Source: Syntrophorhabdaceae bacterium (GTDB lineage Bacteria; Desulfobacterota; Syntrophorhabdia; Syntrophorhabdales; Syntrophorhabdaceae). Taken from it: a stretch of 64,000 nucleotides of DNA. The position numbers and the translations under genes are program-made. The notes under the pieces were generated by a model. The model was not told the DNA's origin, ran no database searches, and saw nothing but the letters and a program-made list of their open reading frames with translations. Within the stretch, counting starts at the first letter, position 1. The number at the start of each line of letters is the position of its first letter. Below, piece after piece: positions 31,876 through 41,533 of this stretch. The stretch spans positions 576,001-640,000 of the forward strand of contig CAXXUO010000002.1 in NCBI GenBank assembly GCA_963666485.2, written 5' to 3'.

Positions 31876-33285
31876 ATGTCATCCCATCCGGCGCCGCTCG
31901 TTTTCCGCTGGATCGTCATAACGGTTGCATTCGGCGCATTCATGTCGAAGCTTGACAGCTACATTGTCAACATCTCGCTTCCCACGATCGCCGAACGCTT
32001 TCACGTGACATCCGCGGAGGTTTCCTGGGTTGTCCTCGTCTACCTCCTGGTATCGACGAGCACACTCTTGCTTTTCGGCAAACTGGGAGACCGGTTCGGG
32101 CTGCGGCGCGTCTTCTTTTTCGGCTACCTGCTCTTCACCATAGGTTCGTTCCTGTGCGGCGCGGCCATGTCCCTCGGGATGCTGGTCGCGGCACGCTTCG
32201 TACAGGGCCTCGGGTGCGCGATGATACTGGCCATCGCTTTCGCCGTGATACCGCGGTTCCTCCCGCCCGAAAGGACCGGCTGGGCCTTCGGCATCGCGTC
32301 GACCGGGGCCGCCCTGGGGATAGCGATCGGTGCTCCCGCGGGCGGCATCATTACAGGCTTCCTGTCCTGGCGCTGGGTGTTTCTTGTCAACGTTCCCTTC
32401 GGGCTGTTCGCCATGTACGCGGTCAACAGGTACATACCGGATGAGGACACGGCCCGGCTCAAAAGGCCCGGGAAGGCGAGTTTCGACATCTTAGGCGCCG
32501 GCTTAAGCTTTGGCGGTCTCGCATTTTTCATTTATGCCCTGAGCGCGGGCTGGGATTTTGGATGGGTCTCCTTCCGGATACTCGGGTCGTTTGCGGCATC
32601 CTTCGTGCTCCTGGCCCTGTTCTTCGTGCGGGAGGTGAAATGTTCGGAACCTCTTCTCGAACTCAGCCTGTTCCGGAGCTTCCACTTCACTGCCGCGGTC
32701 ACATCTACCCTCTTTGCATACATGCTCCTCGCGGGCAACTCATTCCTCCTGCCTTTTTATCTCGAGACAGGCAAGAAACTGCCCACGCAGACGGTCGGCT
32801 TCGTCATTATGATCTACTCGGTGATCTACATGGCGATAGGCCCCTACGCCGGCCGTATATCCGACAAGATCCGCCCGAGCGCGTTGTGTGCGTTTGCCAT
32901 GCTCTCCGCCGCGGCATGTTCCTTCGTCTTCGCATTCACCCTCGATATGCCGGGCCTCGTACCCGTTGTCGTCTTTCTCATATGGATAGCGTTTTCTTTC
33001 GGCTTTTTCATCTCCCCCAACAACAACCAGGTCATGCGCCTCGCACCCGACCACAAGCAGGGCAGCGCCTCCGGCGTATTCAACACCATCAACAGCCTCG
33101 GGCTCGCCCTCGGCGTCTGTCTCTTCGAATCCCTCATGTCCCGCTCCTCAACGGACGCAGGGCTGCGCACTTTTCAAACCGCGACCATGGCAGGGTACCG
33201 CAATGCCTATATTTTCGGCGGCATCGTGTGCATCATATCTCTCTTCTTTTCGTTGTTGATTGGGTGGAATAATAAAAACAAATAG
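31876..33285 (+). CDS. MFS efflux transporter, DHA2 (EmrB/QacA) family
   Basis: LDSYIVNISLP, GKLGDRFG, WRWVFLVNVP; about 14 TM. Confidence 0.9.
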   Translation: MSSHPAPLVFRWIVITVAFGAFMSKLDSYIVNISLPTIAERFHVTSAEVSWVVLVYLLVSTSTLLLFGKLGDRFGLRRVFFFGYLLFTIGSFLCGAAMSLGMLVAARFVQGLGCAMILAIAFAVIPRFLPPERTGWAFGIASTGAALGIAIGAPAGGIITGFLSWRWVFLVNVPFGLFAMYAVNRYIPDEDTARLKRPGKASFDILGAGLSFGGLAFFIYALSAGWDFGWVSFRILGSFAASFVLLALFFVREVKCSEPLLELSLFRSFHFTAAVTSTLFAYMLLAGNSFLLPFYLETGKKLPTQTVGFVIMIYSVIYMAIGPYAGRISDKIRPSALCAFAMLSAAACSFVFAFTLDMPGLVPVVVFLIWIAFSFGFFISPNNNQVMRLAPDHKQGSASGVFNTINSLGLALGVCLFESLMSRSSTDAGLRTFQTATMAGYRNAYIFGGIVCIISLFFSLLIGWNNKNK

Positions 33286-33292
33286 AAAAAAT

Positions 33293-33459
33293 GGTTCAAG
33301 GTTCAAGGTTCAAGGTTCAAGGTTCAAGGTTCAAGGAAAAAAAATCAAAACCTTGGGTCCCGGGTCAAGCCCGGGACGATGATTTAAAACATTTTCAATT
33401 AAGTGAATAGAAAAAGGGTAATCTGTTCGCTTTGAACTTTGAACCTTGAACTTTGAACC
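33293..33459. repeat. Cassette: (ggttcaa)x6 ... single REP (33351-33380) ... (ttgaacy)x4
   Basis: Read directly between the convergent MFS and QueF-like genes. Confidence 0.9.
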
Positions 33460-33476
33460 GGCCCGCTGCGCGGGCC

Positions 33477-33914
33477 TTACATCGTGACCGACCACCCGTC
33501 TTCGATCCCCACCCAGTCTTTGTACTTCTCTTCCCCGCCTCTTGCGCCCCAGTCGGAGTCTATGGTCAGCTTCGAGCTGATGCCGCCGCGCGGGTGACAT
33601 ATCATCATGATGCGCACCCGGTCGGGCTCGTATACTTCCATGAGGTGATCGTACATGATGTTGATGAGCCTTTCGTAGGAGACCACGATGTTCCGCAGCT
33701 GGAACATGTACTGTTTGAGGGACTTCAGCTCTATTATCGCCTTCTTCGGATAGAATGTCAGGTACACGACGCCGAAATCGGGCTGCTCGCTGACACCGAG
33801 GAACGTGAACTCGGGGATCTTGATCTTGATCTCGTAGGCTTCTTTCGACGGGTTTGGAATGCATTTGAGTATCGACTTGTCGATATCCTTATATGTTTTG
33901 ACGTTGGGTCCCAT
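33477..33914 (-). CDS. QueF-like T-fold protein lacking the catalytic Cys
   Basis: PEFTFLGVSEQPDF, ELKSLKQY, RGGI; SD AGGAGG before ATG 33914. Confidence 0.8.
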   Translation of the reverse strand: MGPNVKTYKDIDKSILKCIPNPSKEAYEIKIKIPEFTFLGVSEQPDFGVVYLTFYPKKAIIELKSLKQYMFQLRNIVVSYERLINIMYDHLMEVYEPDRVRIMMICHPRGGISSKLTIDSDWGARGGEEKYKDWVGIEDGWSVTM

Positions 33915-33931
33915 GTGATGCCTCCTTGTAT

Positions 33932-34657
33932 TTACAGAGTGCGGAACTGCTGGCGGACCTCGTCGGAGCTGCCGCACGAATACTGCCCTTCCGGGCACGG
34001 GCCGCCAAGGCAAGCCGGCCCCGCCTCGCTGAAAATTGCGGGGGCCGCGCCCCTCGCGAGCTTGAGCATTTCGACCGCCATTGCGCGTATCTCCCACTGT
34101 GCACGCCTGCAGCACCTCTGGGAAAAGAAGTGGAGCAACTCCCTGCCATTCATGGTCACGATGATCTTCGTCTCGGCCGCGTTAGGCAGAACGAACCGGG
34201 CGTCTTCATACGCCGATTCACCCGCGATGCCGCGTTCGTTGAGGGCCTCGATCAGCCTGTTATAGAATTCCTGTATGCCCTCCATGAAGAACTCGAATTG
34301 TTCCTTAAGGGCCGGTTCACCGGCGATCGACGGCGGGATTATGTACCCAAAACCGTCCGCCATGCTCACGTACCTCTGGGATTGTTGACTGTACGAGGCC
34401 AGGCGGTGCCTGACCAGCTGATGAGAGCAGGCACGGGATATCCCCTCTATTGCAAAGGTGAAGGAAGCATGTTCTATCGGGCTTAAATGCCCTGAATCGA
34501 CCAGCTTTCCAATGAACGGCTCCTGGTCCTTCGACGCAACGGCTTCCTTGATCCCGGCGACGTCGGACGCGCTGTAGCATAATTTTGCCGCCGCGGCCAC
34601 CGTCCCTTCCGGGTCGGGCGTATACGCGAGCAGGACCACGTTTAGCTTTGATTCCAC
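33932..34657 (-). CDS. thyX: FAD-dependent thymidylate synthase
   Basis: GHLSPIEH, HQLVRHRLASYSQQSQRY, ARFVLP, AQWEIR. Confidence 0.95.
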   Translation of the reverse strand: MESKLNVVLLAYTPDPEGTVAAAAKLCYSASDVAGIKEAVASKDQEPFIGKLVDSGHLSPIEHASFTFAIEGISRACSHQLVRHRLASYSQQSQRYVSMADGFGYIIPPSIAGEPALKEQFEFFMEGIQEFYNRLIEALNERGIAGESAYEDARFVLPNAAETKIIVTMNGRELLHFFSQRCCRRAQWEIRAMAVEMLKLARGAAPAIFSEAGPACLGGPCPEGQYSCGSSDEVRQQFRTL

Positions 34658-34673
34658 TCGATCCTCCTTTTCC

Positions 34674-35045
34674 TCAGATGTCTATCCCCTGCTTCCGGAG
34701 CAATTCGGTCTTCTTCTTCGAACATTCCTCGCACCGGAATTCCGGTTTCGGGTCGCGGGTCCTGTCATACCCTTCAGCCCGGACGATCCGGTACCCGCGC
34801 GCCTCCTTCCCGCAATCCACGCAGACGACAACGTCCTTCACTTCCCACTCGACGGCCAGGTGCCGGGATGTAAAGATGAACCGGTCGACCCAGAAGAATA
34901 TGAGGCCGCCGATAAGGTTCGCTATGGTGGTGGCGACGAACTCACCCGTATCGGAAAGCCAGTACAGGACCACTGCCAGTATGGGGGTCGAGAGCTGCCA
35001 CCGTACAAGATAAAGCCCGTACCGTTTGAAATTGATCTTCCCCAT
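34674..35045 (-). CDS. Small membrane protein with two CxxC pairs (Zn-ribbon-like)
   Basis: Two TM (RWQLSTPIL, ANLIGGLIFFWVD), CVDC...CEEC; SD GGAGG. Confidence 0.7.
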   Translation of the reverse strand: MGKINFKRYGLYLVRWQLSTPILAVVLYWLSDTGEFVATTIANLIGGLIFFWVDRFIFTSRHLAVEWEVKDVVVCVDCGKEARGYRIVRAEGYDRTRDPKPEFRCEECSKKKTELLRKQGIDI

Positions 35046-35151
35046 GGCCCCTCCTTATTGTACTCCCGATGCCGAAATTGTTTGCACTGTACTTTTTTTG
35101 GTCATGACTTGTCAACCATAAATATAAGTGAGTTAACAGTTTTTCGACGCC

Positions 35152-35730
35152 TTACGTCGGTCCGCTTTTGCACACCAGGGCGTAGCGCCACGTATATCGG
35201 GATATCCTGCACGAGAAGCCGTTCGCTTCCAGCTTTGCCTTAAGCTCCCGCGGTGAATAGAACCTCGCCGGCTCTCCGAGGATTTTTTCCATCCGGGTAA
35301 TGAAACGGCCCACAACCTTTTCGGGGTCGATCTCAAATATGAGAAGCATTCCCGAGGGCCCGAGCACCCTTCGCATCTCAGTGACAGCCCGGTCGGTATC
35401 GTTGAAATGATGGAACGCATCGCCGATCATGACCGCCGCCAGAGACCGCTCACGGAAGGGCAACGATTCCGCCATGCCCAGTACCTTTGCGGTAAACCCG
35501 GGTGCGTACTTGAGCATTCCGGGAGCGGGGTCGAGAAGAATGAATGTAACGTCCTTACGCATGTCATGCAGGAACCGGGACAACACACCCGTCCCCGAAC
35601 CGGAATCAAGGATATATGCGCCTTCAGCTATTTCCTTCGATAAGAGGCGGAGATCTTTTTTAAATTGTTTCGGGTAGACCAGGGATGCGAACACCTTAAA
35701 AACAGGCCCAAGATAATTGAAAGGTATCAT
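35152..35730 (-). CDS. Class I SAM-dependent methyltransferase (UbiE-like)
   Basis: LDSGSGTG, AESLPF, AFHHF, EMRRVL. Confidence 0.85.
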   Translation of the reverse strand: MIPFNYLGPVFKVFASLVYPKQFKKDLRLLSKEIAEGAYILDSGSGTGVLSRFLHDMRKDVTFILLDPAPGMLKYAPGFTAKVLGMAESLPFRERSLAAVMIGDAFHHFNDTDRAVTEMRRVLGPSGMLLIFEIDPEKVVGRFITRMEKILGEPARFYSPRELKAKLEANGFSCRISRYTWRYALVCKSGPT

Positions 35731-35769
35731 GAGCAAATATATATCATGCCGGGGAATTTCCCCAGTGGC

Positions 35770-36123
35770 TCAGGGCAGGATCTCCTCTTCGCGGACAACT
35801 TCGTTCTTTATCCTGCCGAGGAGATGCTGGAGGACGGGCAACACATCCGTCCTGAAACGTCCCGCAACGAGAACGTACATTATGTCATCACCAACCGTGA
35901 GGTCCCCTTCGTTGATCCACGCCCTGACCCCCGCTATCCCGTCCTGGCTTTTCGCCTCGCCGACAACGACCTCGAGGAGTTCCCTGTCGAATGACAGGCG
36001 CATGCCTTTGACCTGCCCGCCCTGTTTCGAGCTCGCCCTTACCACACCGTTATGGACAAGCATCATGCCGAGCATCTCGGGGTCGACAGATCTCTTTATC
36101 TCTTCTATCCATTTTTCGACCAT
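35770..36123 (-). CDS. moaE: Molybdopterin synthase catalytic subunit-like
   Basis: HNGVVR, GDLTVGDDIMYVLVAGRFR; SD GGAGG. Confidence 0.8.
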   Translation of the reverse strand: MVEKWIEEIKRSVDPEMLGMMLVHNGVVRASSKQGGQVKGMRLSFDRELLEVVVGEAKSQDGIAGVRAWINEGDLTVGDDIMYVLVAGRFRTDVLPVLQHLLGRIKNEVVREEEILP

Positions 36124-36233
36124 GTCCGTCCTCCTCAAGACGTTTCTATCATTGATGGCCCTTAAACGCAACTTCTATTCGGGATACCCGGGGAATAGAA
36201 TTACGGATGCCGCATGACGTATAATTAAAAGGT

Positions 36234-38264
36234 ATGGTTGTCGAATATCTCCAGACGCTGGTCATCATTCTCGGAATGAGCGCTATTATCGTGTTTGTCC
36301 TGGGAAAGCTCAGGATATCGTCCGTGGTCGGGTTCCTTCTCGCGGGCGTCCTTATCGGCCCGTCGGGTTTCAATCTCATCAGGCAGGTCCACAGTGTTGA
36401 GATAATGGCGGAGATCGGGGTCGTTCTGCTGATGTTCACGATCGGCCTTGAATTTTCCCTGAAGAACCTTTTCCAGCTGCGCACGATCGTGCTCGGGGGC
36501 GGTTCTTTGCAGGTGGGGCTGACCATTGCCCTTATCTGCGGCATCAGTTACCTTTTTTACGGACAGACACTGAGGGCCGGCATTTTTCACGGTTTTCTGA
36601 TCGCCCTGAGCAGCACCGCGATCGTATTCAAGCTTCTCTTTGACAACGCACAGATAAACAGCCCGGCCGGCCGCTTTTCCGTGGGGACGCTCATCTTCCA
36701 GGACCTGTGCGTGGTCCCTTTCATGCTTCTCATTCCCGTTCTCTCGGGCAATACGACAGGCCCGGGCATCCCGTTCACGATCCTGAAAGCCTTCCTGGTT
36801 GTCGGGTTCCTGCTTTTTGCCGCCCGCTGGCTGGTCCCTTACATTTTCAGCCATATAGTCGGCACGAGGAGCCGGGAATTGTTCGTCATATCGGTCCTGA
36901 CGCTGTGCCTCGGCACGGCGGTCCTTACATCCTCCCTCGGCCTGTCCCTGGCGCTGGGCGCCTTCCTGGCGGGCATGGTCATATCGGAATCCGAATATGC
37001 CGCACAGGCCGTATCGGATATCATTCCCTTCAAGGAAAGCTTCACCGGGCTTTTTTTCATATCCGTGGGCATGCTGCTCAACCTCGGCGTGTTGAAGGGC
37101 AATCTTCCGGAAATAGGGGAAATGGTCCTCATCATAATTTTCTTGAAGATGGGCGTCATTTTTATTACAAGCATCATCCTGGGAAACTCGGTAAAGACAT
37201 CTCTTATCGCGGGCCTGTACCTGTTCCAGGTGGGCGAGTTCTCCTTTGTCCTCGCTCTCCAGGGAAGACAATTCGGGCTCATATCCGCGAATCTTTACCA
37301 GGCGTTCCTCGCGGCCTCCGTCATTACCATGGTCCTCACCCCTCTCTTGACGCGGGCATCCGCGGAAGTAGCGGAATGGGCAGTGACACGTACGCCGCTT
37401 CGGGTTATCGAGAAGAAAAAACTCCGGGCCGATGGCGAGCGTTATCCCAAAGACATACGGGACCATGTGATCATCGTCGGGTTTGGGCTCAATGGCGGCA
37501 ACCTGGCGAGGATTTTACGTTCCATGGGAATCGAGTACCTCATCCTCGAGTTGAACAGTAAAACTGTACGGTCGGCAAAAAGAAAGGGTGAGCCGATATT
37601 TTATGGTGACGGGACAAGCGTGGAGATCCTGCATAAACTGGGCATCCACAATGCGAACATCCTGGTCGTGGCCATCAGTGACGCGGCGTCGACACGACGG
37701 ATAGTTCAGCTCGCCCGCTCGGAAAATCGCGAGTTGTATATCATCGTTCGTACCCGGTATGTGGCGGAAGTGGAGGAATTGAAAATACTCGGCGCGAACG
37801 AAGTGATCCCGGAGGAATTCGAGACGTCCATCGAAATATTTTCCAAGGTGCTCCATCGCCTGCATATACCACTCAATGATATACGCGAACATATCGACCG
37901 GACGCGAAGCGATAATTACCTTGCGTTACGGTCCGTCAAGCTCCCCCAAAAATTCTTCGTGGAACATGAGGACCTCTTGAAGAACATCGCGATAGAGACG
38001 TACCGTATAAGGGGCGGCTCCGCTGCCGATGATACCAACCTTGGGGAGCTTGAACTTCGGTCGAAGACCGGGGTCACCGTGATAGGCATCGAGCGCCAGG
38101 GCGCCGTCTACAGAATGCCGTCTTCGGCGATGCGCCTCATGGCGGATGACGTCCTTCTCTTTATCGGAAAGAGGCGGGACATCGATTGTGCGATTGAATT
38201 TCTTGATTCAAGACCGGGCGAACCGGTACAGTGCCCGGTAAGGGAGGATGAACCAGACCTATGA
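36234..38264 (+). CDS. CPA2 cation:proton antiporter with TrkA-N and TrkA-C (KefC-like)
   Basis: LMFTIGLEFS, LSSTAIV, FQDL, GEFSFV, IVGFG, FYGD, RCK_C. Confidence 0.9.
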   Translation: MVVEYLQTLVIILGMSAIIVFVLGKLRISSVVGFLLAGVLIGPSGFNLIRQVHSVEIMAEIGVVLLMFTIGLEFSLKNLFQLRTIVLGGGSLQVGLTIALICGISYLFYGQTLRAGIFHGFLIALSSTAIVFKLLFDNAQINSPAGRFSVGTLIFQDLCVVPFMLLIPVLSGNTTGPGIPFTILKAFLVVGFLLFAARWLVPYIFSHIVGTRSRELFVISVLTLCLGTAVLTSSLGLSLALGAFLAGMVISESEYAAQAVSDIIPFKESFTGLFFISVGMLLNLGVLKGNLPEIGEMVLIIIFLKMGVIFITSIILGNSVKTSLIAGLYLFQVGEFSFVLALQGRQFGLISANLYQAFLAASVITMVLTPLLTRASAEVAEWAVTRTPLRVIEKKKLRADGERYPKDIRDHVIIVGFGLNGGNLARILRSMGIEYLILELNSKTVRSAKRKGEPIFYGDGTSVEILHKLGIHNANILVVAISDAASTRRIVQLARSENRELYIIVRTRYVAEVEELKILGANEVIPEEFETSIEIFSKVLHRLHIPLNDIREHIDRTRSDNYLALRSVKLPQKFFVEHEDLLKNIAIETYRIRGGSAADDTNLGELELRSKTGVTVIGIERQGAVYRMPSSAMRLMADDVLLFIGKRRDIDCAIEFLDSRPGEPVQCPVREDEPDL

Positions 38265-38422
38265 ACCCTTTTCTGGCAGGAATAATGGGTACCATCCTGC
38301 ACCTCAAGAGAACGTGCCCGAAATGCAAACGCGAACAGGTCACCAAGCCTAGTGATAAGCATAAGCCCGTACGATGCAAATTCTGCGGAGCGAAGATCCC
38401 GCCGACACCGTCGACGGATTGA
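38261..38422 (+). CDS. 53-aa zinc-ribbon protein
   Basis: MNPFLAGIMGTILHLKRTCPKCKREQV...VRCKFCGAKIPP; ATGA overlap with the antiporter stop. Below the ORF-track cutoff. Confidence 0.65.
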   Translation: MNPFLAGIMGTILHLKRTCPKCKREQVTKPSDKHKPVRCKFCGAKIPPTPSTD

Positions 38423-38446
38423 CGGCATAACAGGAATCTACCACTG

Positions 38447-38607
38447 CCGTCATCCCTTCACGCTCGCCGTCATCCCTTCACGCTCGCCGTCATCCCGGGC
38501 TTGACCCGGGACCCAAGGTTTGGTTTTTATTATTCTTTTTGATATCAAAGTTTTGAAATGGTTCAAGAAGAAAAACCATGGGTCCCGGCTCGGAGGCCGG
38601 GATGACG
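38447..38607. repeat. Two 20-nt REP heads plus an inverted REP doublet (38488-38607)
   Basis: (gccgtcatcccttcacgctc)x2 then REP-spacer-REP; spacer shared with 10382-10504. Confidence 0.88.
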
Positions 38608-38682
38608 GACCTGGATGATTACGACACAGTCCGGGAAACCGGGTTCCCGTGTTTTTGTCCTTGTTTTTGCACGCCCGTGCTG

Positions 38683-39600
38683 TTACGCGAAGAACTCGGT
38701 GCTCTCGCAGGTCTTGCCGCCGCGGCCGATGAACTCCTCCATGAACGCGTCGCTGAGACCTTCCGGGTAGCCGACTGCGCTCGTACAGTCGGTCAGGATG
38801 ACCATCTTCCCGATGTTCACATCACCAAAGTTGTGCATGATATCCCTCACCGTGTTCGCGACACAGTAATCGTGCGCCTCGCCCGCGATCGGGATCACAT
38901 CGGCATTCCGGAGGATTTCTATGAGATGCGTATTGAGCAAGGTGCCCGGGTCGTCGGGATCGGCGACCTCGGCCTTTACCGCGCTGTAATGCTCCGTGTA
39001 CGGGTTCGTCCCCTTGATAATATAGTCGACCATCCTGTGATATTTTTTCTCGTACGCAACCAGGGCATCGAAAAGAACCGGGTACACGCTGCTGCCCACC
39101 GAGCCGATCTTGCAGTGAGGAGGCCAGATGACGTGCGGATAACGGCCGGAGGCCTCCAGCGCGTCTTCGTAGTCGATCGTCCGTCCCAGGGCCTCCGGGC
39201 GGGTCGTGACCAGTTCGCCCTTTCGGAGCATCTCCGCGGTGACGACGGACAGCGGGGCGGGATGTTTCCCCTCGCGGTCCTTGAACCACACCGGGTGGCC
39301 GATATCGATGGGGTGATGATTGTCCAGGGTGACATGAATACCCGTCAGCCTGTTGCCGAGCCGGCCGATCATCGCCGTCAGGCGCTCCATATCCGCCGCC
39401 GCACCTGCAACGGCGAGGCTCCCCGTGAACTTTGAAATGAACCTGGCAGCCAGCGGGTCGATGGCCTCGATCTTCGCGATAACATCCCGGGGAAACCCCG
39501 CAAAGCAAAAATCGACCTGCGGGTCGACAACAAGCAGATCGATCCTCAGTTCACGCCCCGTTTCCGGAATTCTAAAAGTGTTGGGATACTTTCGCGCCAT
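38683..39600 (-). CDS. Isochorismatase/nicotinamidase-family cysteine hydrolase
   Basis: VDPQVDFC, WPPHC, IKG...EHYSA, AGEAHDYCV. Confidence 0.8.
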   Translation of the reverse strand: MARKYPNTFRIPETGRELRIDLLVVDPQVDFCFAGFPRDVIAKIEAIDPLAARFISKFTGSLAVAGAAADMERLTAMIGRLGNRLTGIHVTLDNHHPIDIGHPVWFKDREGKHPAPLSVVTAEMLRKGELVTTRPEALGRTIDYEDALEASGRYPHVIWPPHCKIGSVGSSVYPVLFDALVAYEKKYHRMVDYIIKGTNPYTEHYSAVKAEVADPDDPGTLLNTHLIEILRNADVIPIAGEAHDYCVANTVRDIMHNFGDVNIGKMVILTDCTSAVGYPEGLSDAFMEEFIGRGGKTCESTEFFA

Positions 39601-39687
39601 ACCTTATCCTCGTTTGTCTTATCATATCGAATAATATCCTATTTCCCCCCGGTCAGTCCATCCTCGCAGCCACCCACTGATAAAAAA

Positions 39688-39821
39688 GGTTCCACGTTCC
39701 ACGGTTCCACGTTCCACGATAAAAGATAAAGCAAAAGCGAAACCTTAACTCCACCGGCAATGTAATTGACGGGTATGCATGATTTTTTTTGCGTGGAACG
39801 TGGAACGTGGAACGTGGAACG
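39688..39821. repeat. Cassette: (gttccac)x4 ... (gtggaac)x4, inward-facing
   Basis: Read directly between divergent genes. Confidence 0.9.
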
Positions 39822-39840
39822 TCAAGCCGCTGCCGGCGGC

Positions 39841-39870
39841 TTGACATTGTTATGAGCATATGCTTATAAT
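39841..39870 (+). promoter_or_regulatory. sigma70 promoter with overlapping palindromic operator
   Basis: TTGACA-N18-TATAAT; TATGAGCAT/ATGCTTATA palindrome at 39851-39868; ATG 5 nt after the -10 box. Confidence 0.75.
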
Positions 39871-39875
39871 ACTGC

Positions 39876-40175
39876 ATGTCGCGCCCGAAGAAATGCAGGT
39901 CCACCTGCTGCACCGTCGAATCCGATTATTTCAAACCGCGGGGAATCCCGCTTTCGGACCTCGACGAGGTGAACCTCAACATGGACGAGGTCGAGGCACT
40001 CAGGCTCGCGGATTACGAGGGCCTCTACCAGGAGGATGCCGCAAAGAGGATGAACATCTCACGGGCGACATTCGGGCGGATCGTCGAGACGGCACACAGA
40101 AAGATAGCGGATGCCATTCTTCACGGCAAGGCCGTGAAAATTGAATCAAAAGAAAGTACTGGAGGAGATGTATGA
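39876..40175 (+). CDS. DUF134 (UPF0251) HTH DNA-binding protein
   Basis: MSRPKKCR, FKPRG, EALRLAD.EGL.QE.AA..M.ISR.TF. Confidence 0.88.
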   Translation: MSRPKKCRSTCCTVESDYFKPRGIPLSDLDEVNLNMDEVEALRLADYEGLYQEDAAKRMNISRATFGRIVETAHRKIADAILHGKAVKIESKESTGGDV

Positions 40176-40549
40176 AACTTTGTTTTGCAGTAGAAAAAGA
40201 TGAAGGCGCAGAAAGCCTGGTATACGGGCATTTTGGCTCGGCCCCTGCTTTCATCGTCGTGAACACGGAAGACAGTGCGATGTTCAAGATCGTCAACAGT
40301 GATATCAACCATATCCATGGCGCGTGCAGCCCGATGAAAGCCATCGGCGGTGCCGACATCGACGCCGTTGTCGTCGGCGGCATCGGGGCCGGGGCATTAA
40401 ATGGCCTCAATTCCCGGGGTATAAAGGTTTTTAAGGCCATGGAGAATACCATAAGGGAAAACCTGGCCCTGTTCCGCGATAACAAGCTCCCGGAGCTTAC
40501 GGTGCTTCATACGTGCGGCGGGCATGCGGGCGGCTGCGCGCACAACTAA
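40172..40549 (+). CDS. NifB/NifX-family (FeMo-cofactor-binding-like) protein
   Basis: GHFGSAP.F, HGAC.P, VVGGIG.GA, C-terminal CGGH...CAH. Confidence 0.85.
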   Translation: MKLCFAVEKDEGAESLVYGHFGSAPAFIVVNTEDSAMFKIVNSDINHIHGACSPMKAIGGADIDAVVVGGIGAGALNGLNSRGIKVFKAMENTIRENLALFRDNKLPELTVLHTCGGHAGGCAHN

Positions 40550-40564
40550 CACGGAGGAGAAGAT

Positions 40565-40798
40565 ATGCCCATCTATGAATATAAATGCGAAGAGTGCGGG
40601 ACGGTAAGTGAATTCATCGTCTTTTCGGCTGATGAAGATGTTGCGTGCCGCTCATGCAGCAGCACGAAGTTGACGAAGCTGATGTCCGCACACAACACGA
40701 CATCGTCTTCCGGCCCCGGCGCGATGCCGAACTTCGGCGGGGGCTGCTGCGGCGACCCGGGGACATGCGGATCACCGGGCGGCTGCTGCGCCTGCTGA
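40565..40798 (+). CDS. FmdB-family zinc-ribbon protein
   Basis: MPIYEYKCEECG...CRSCSS..LTKLMS with a Cys-rich tail. Confidence 0.85.
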   Translation: MPIYEYKCEECGTVSEFIVFSADEDVACRSCSSTKLTKLMSAHNTTSSSGPGAMPNFGGGCCGDPGTCGSPGGCCAC

Positions 40799-40859
40799 TA
40801 CCGGTCCTGCCCGGCATACGCGGGACAGGCGACAATACACGGGATTACGGGGAGGTACG

Positions 40860-40997
40860 ATGAAAAGCATTATTCTTCTCTTGACGATCGTTGCAACGGG
40901 GTTGTTCATTTTCGCGTGTTCTTCATGCCCTGTCCCGCCCGACGCCCCGCGGACCTATTCGCTCACGACAGTGCCGGGCGGCACACCTCAAAAATAG
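40860..40997 (+). CDS. 45-aa lipoprotein
   Basis: MKSIILLLTIVATGLFIFACSSCPVPP...; SD GGAGG; lipobox IFAC. Not in the ORF track. Confidence 0.6.
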   Translation: MKSIILLLTIVATGLFIFACSSCPVPPDAPRTYSLTTVPGGTPQK

Positions 40998-41008
40998 GAT
41001 AAAGCGCT

Positions 41009-41512
41009 ATGCGGGACAACATGGAACCGGGGAACCCGATCGCAGAAAAGGCGCCCATGAGCGTCCCGGGCCTTATCGGGCGGTACAGGCCTGTCATAAA
41101 TATCGTTCTCGCCTGCATCGCGATAGGGGTTGAAGTCTATTACAGCATTTGCGCCGGGTCCTGCTCGTACCTTCGCGGCACCATCCTCGGCATCGGCCTC
41201 CAGTACATCGGAATGGCTTTTATGGCCGCGATCATAGTGCTCAGCATCTTCAGGGAACGCTTTCTCACGTTCCTGCTCATCTCGGCCGCGGTCGGCATTG
41301 AGTTCTACCTCATCGGTTTCCAGGTCTGGTACGATACCTACTGCGCGTATTGCCTGGCCTTTGGCGGGATCATCTTTGTTCTCTATGTGGTGAATTTTAT
41401 CAGGAAATATGTTTTTTATTCCCTGTTCTGGATGGTTATCGGCCTCATCGGTTTTGCCCTGGTCTTTAAAGGGTCTGTTGCTCCGACCTATACATACACA
41501 TTCTTACACTAA
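41009..41512 (+). CDS. VKOR-like membrane thiol oxidoreductase
   Basis: About 5 TM, loop Cys pair (CAGSC) and TM CxxC (CAYC). Confidence 0.7.
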   Translation: MRDNMEPGNPIAEKAPMSVPGLIGRYRPVINIVLACIAIGVEVYYSICAGSCSYLRGTILGIGLQYIGMAFMAAIIVLSIFRERFLTFLLISAAVGIEFYLIGFQVWYDTYCAYCLAFGGIIFVLYVVNFIRKYVFYSLFWMVIGLIGFALVFKGSVAPTYTYTFLH

Positions 41513-41533
41513 GGAACAGAGGGTGAGGAAAAA

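Noticed and set aside
40796..40798. Sec readthrough at the TGA ending the FmdB protein
   Set aside because: The downstream frame shows no recognisable continuation and the next gene has its own SD.
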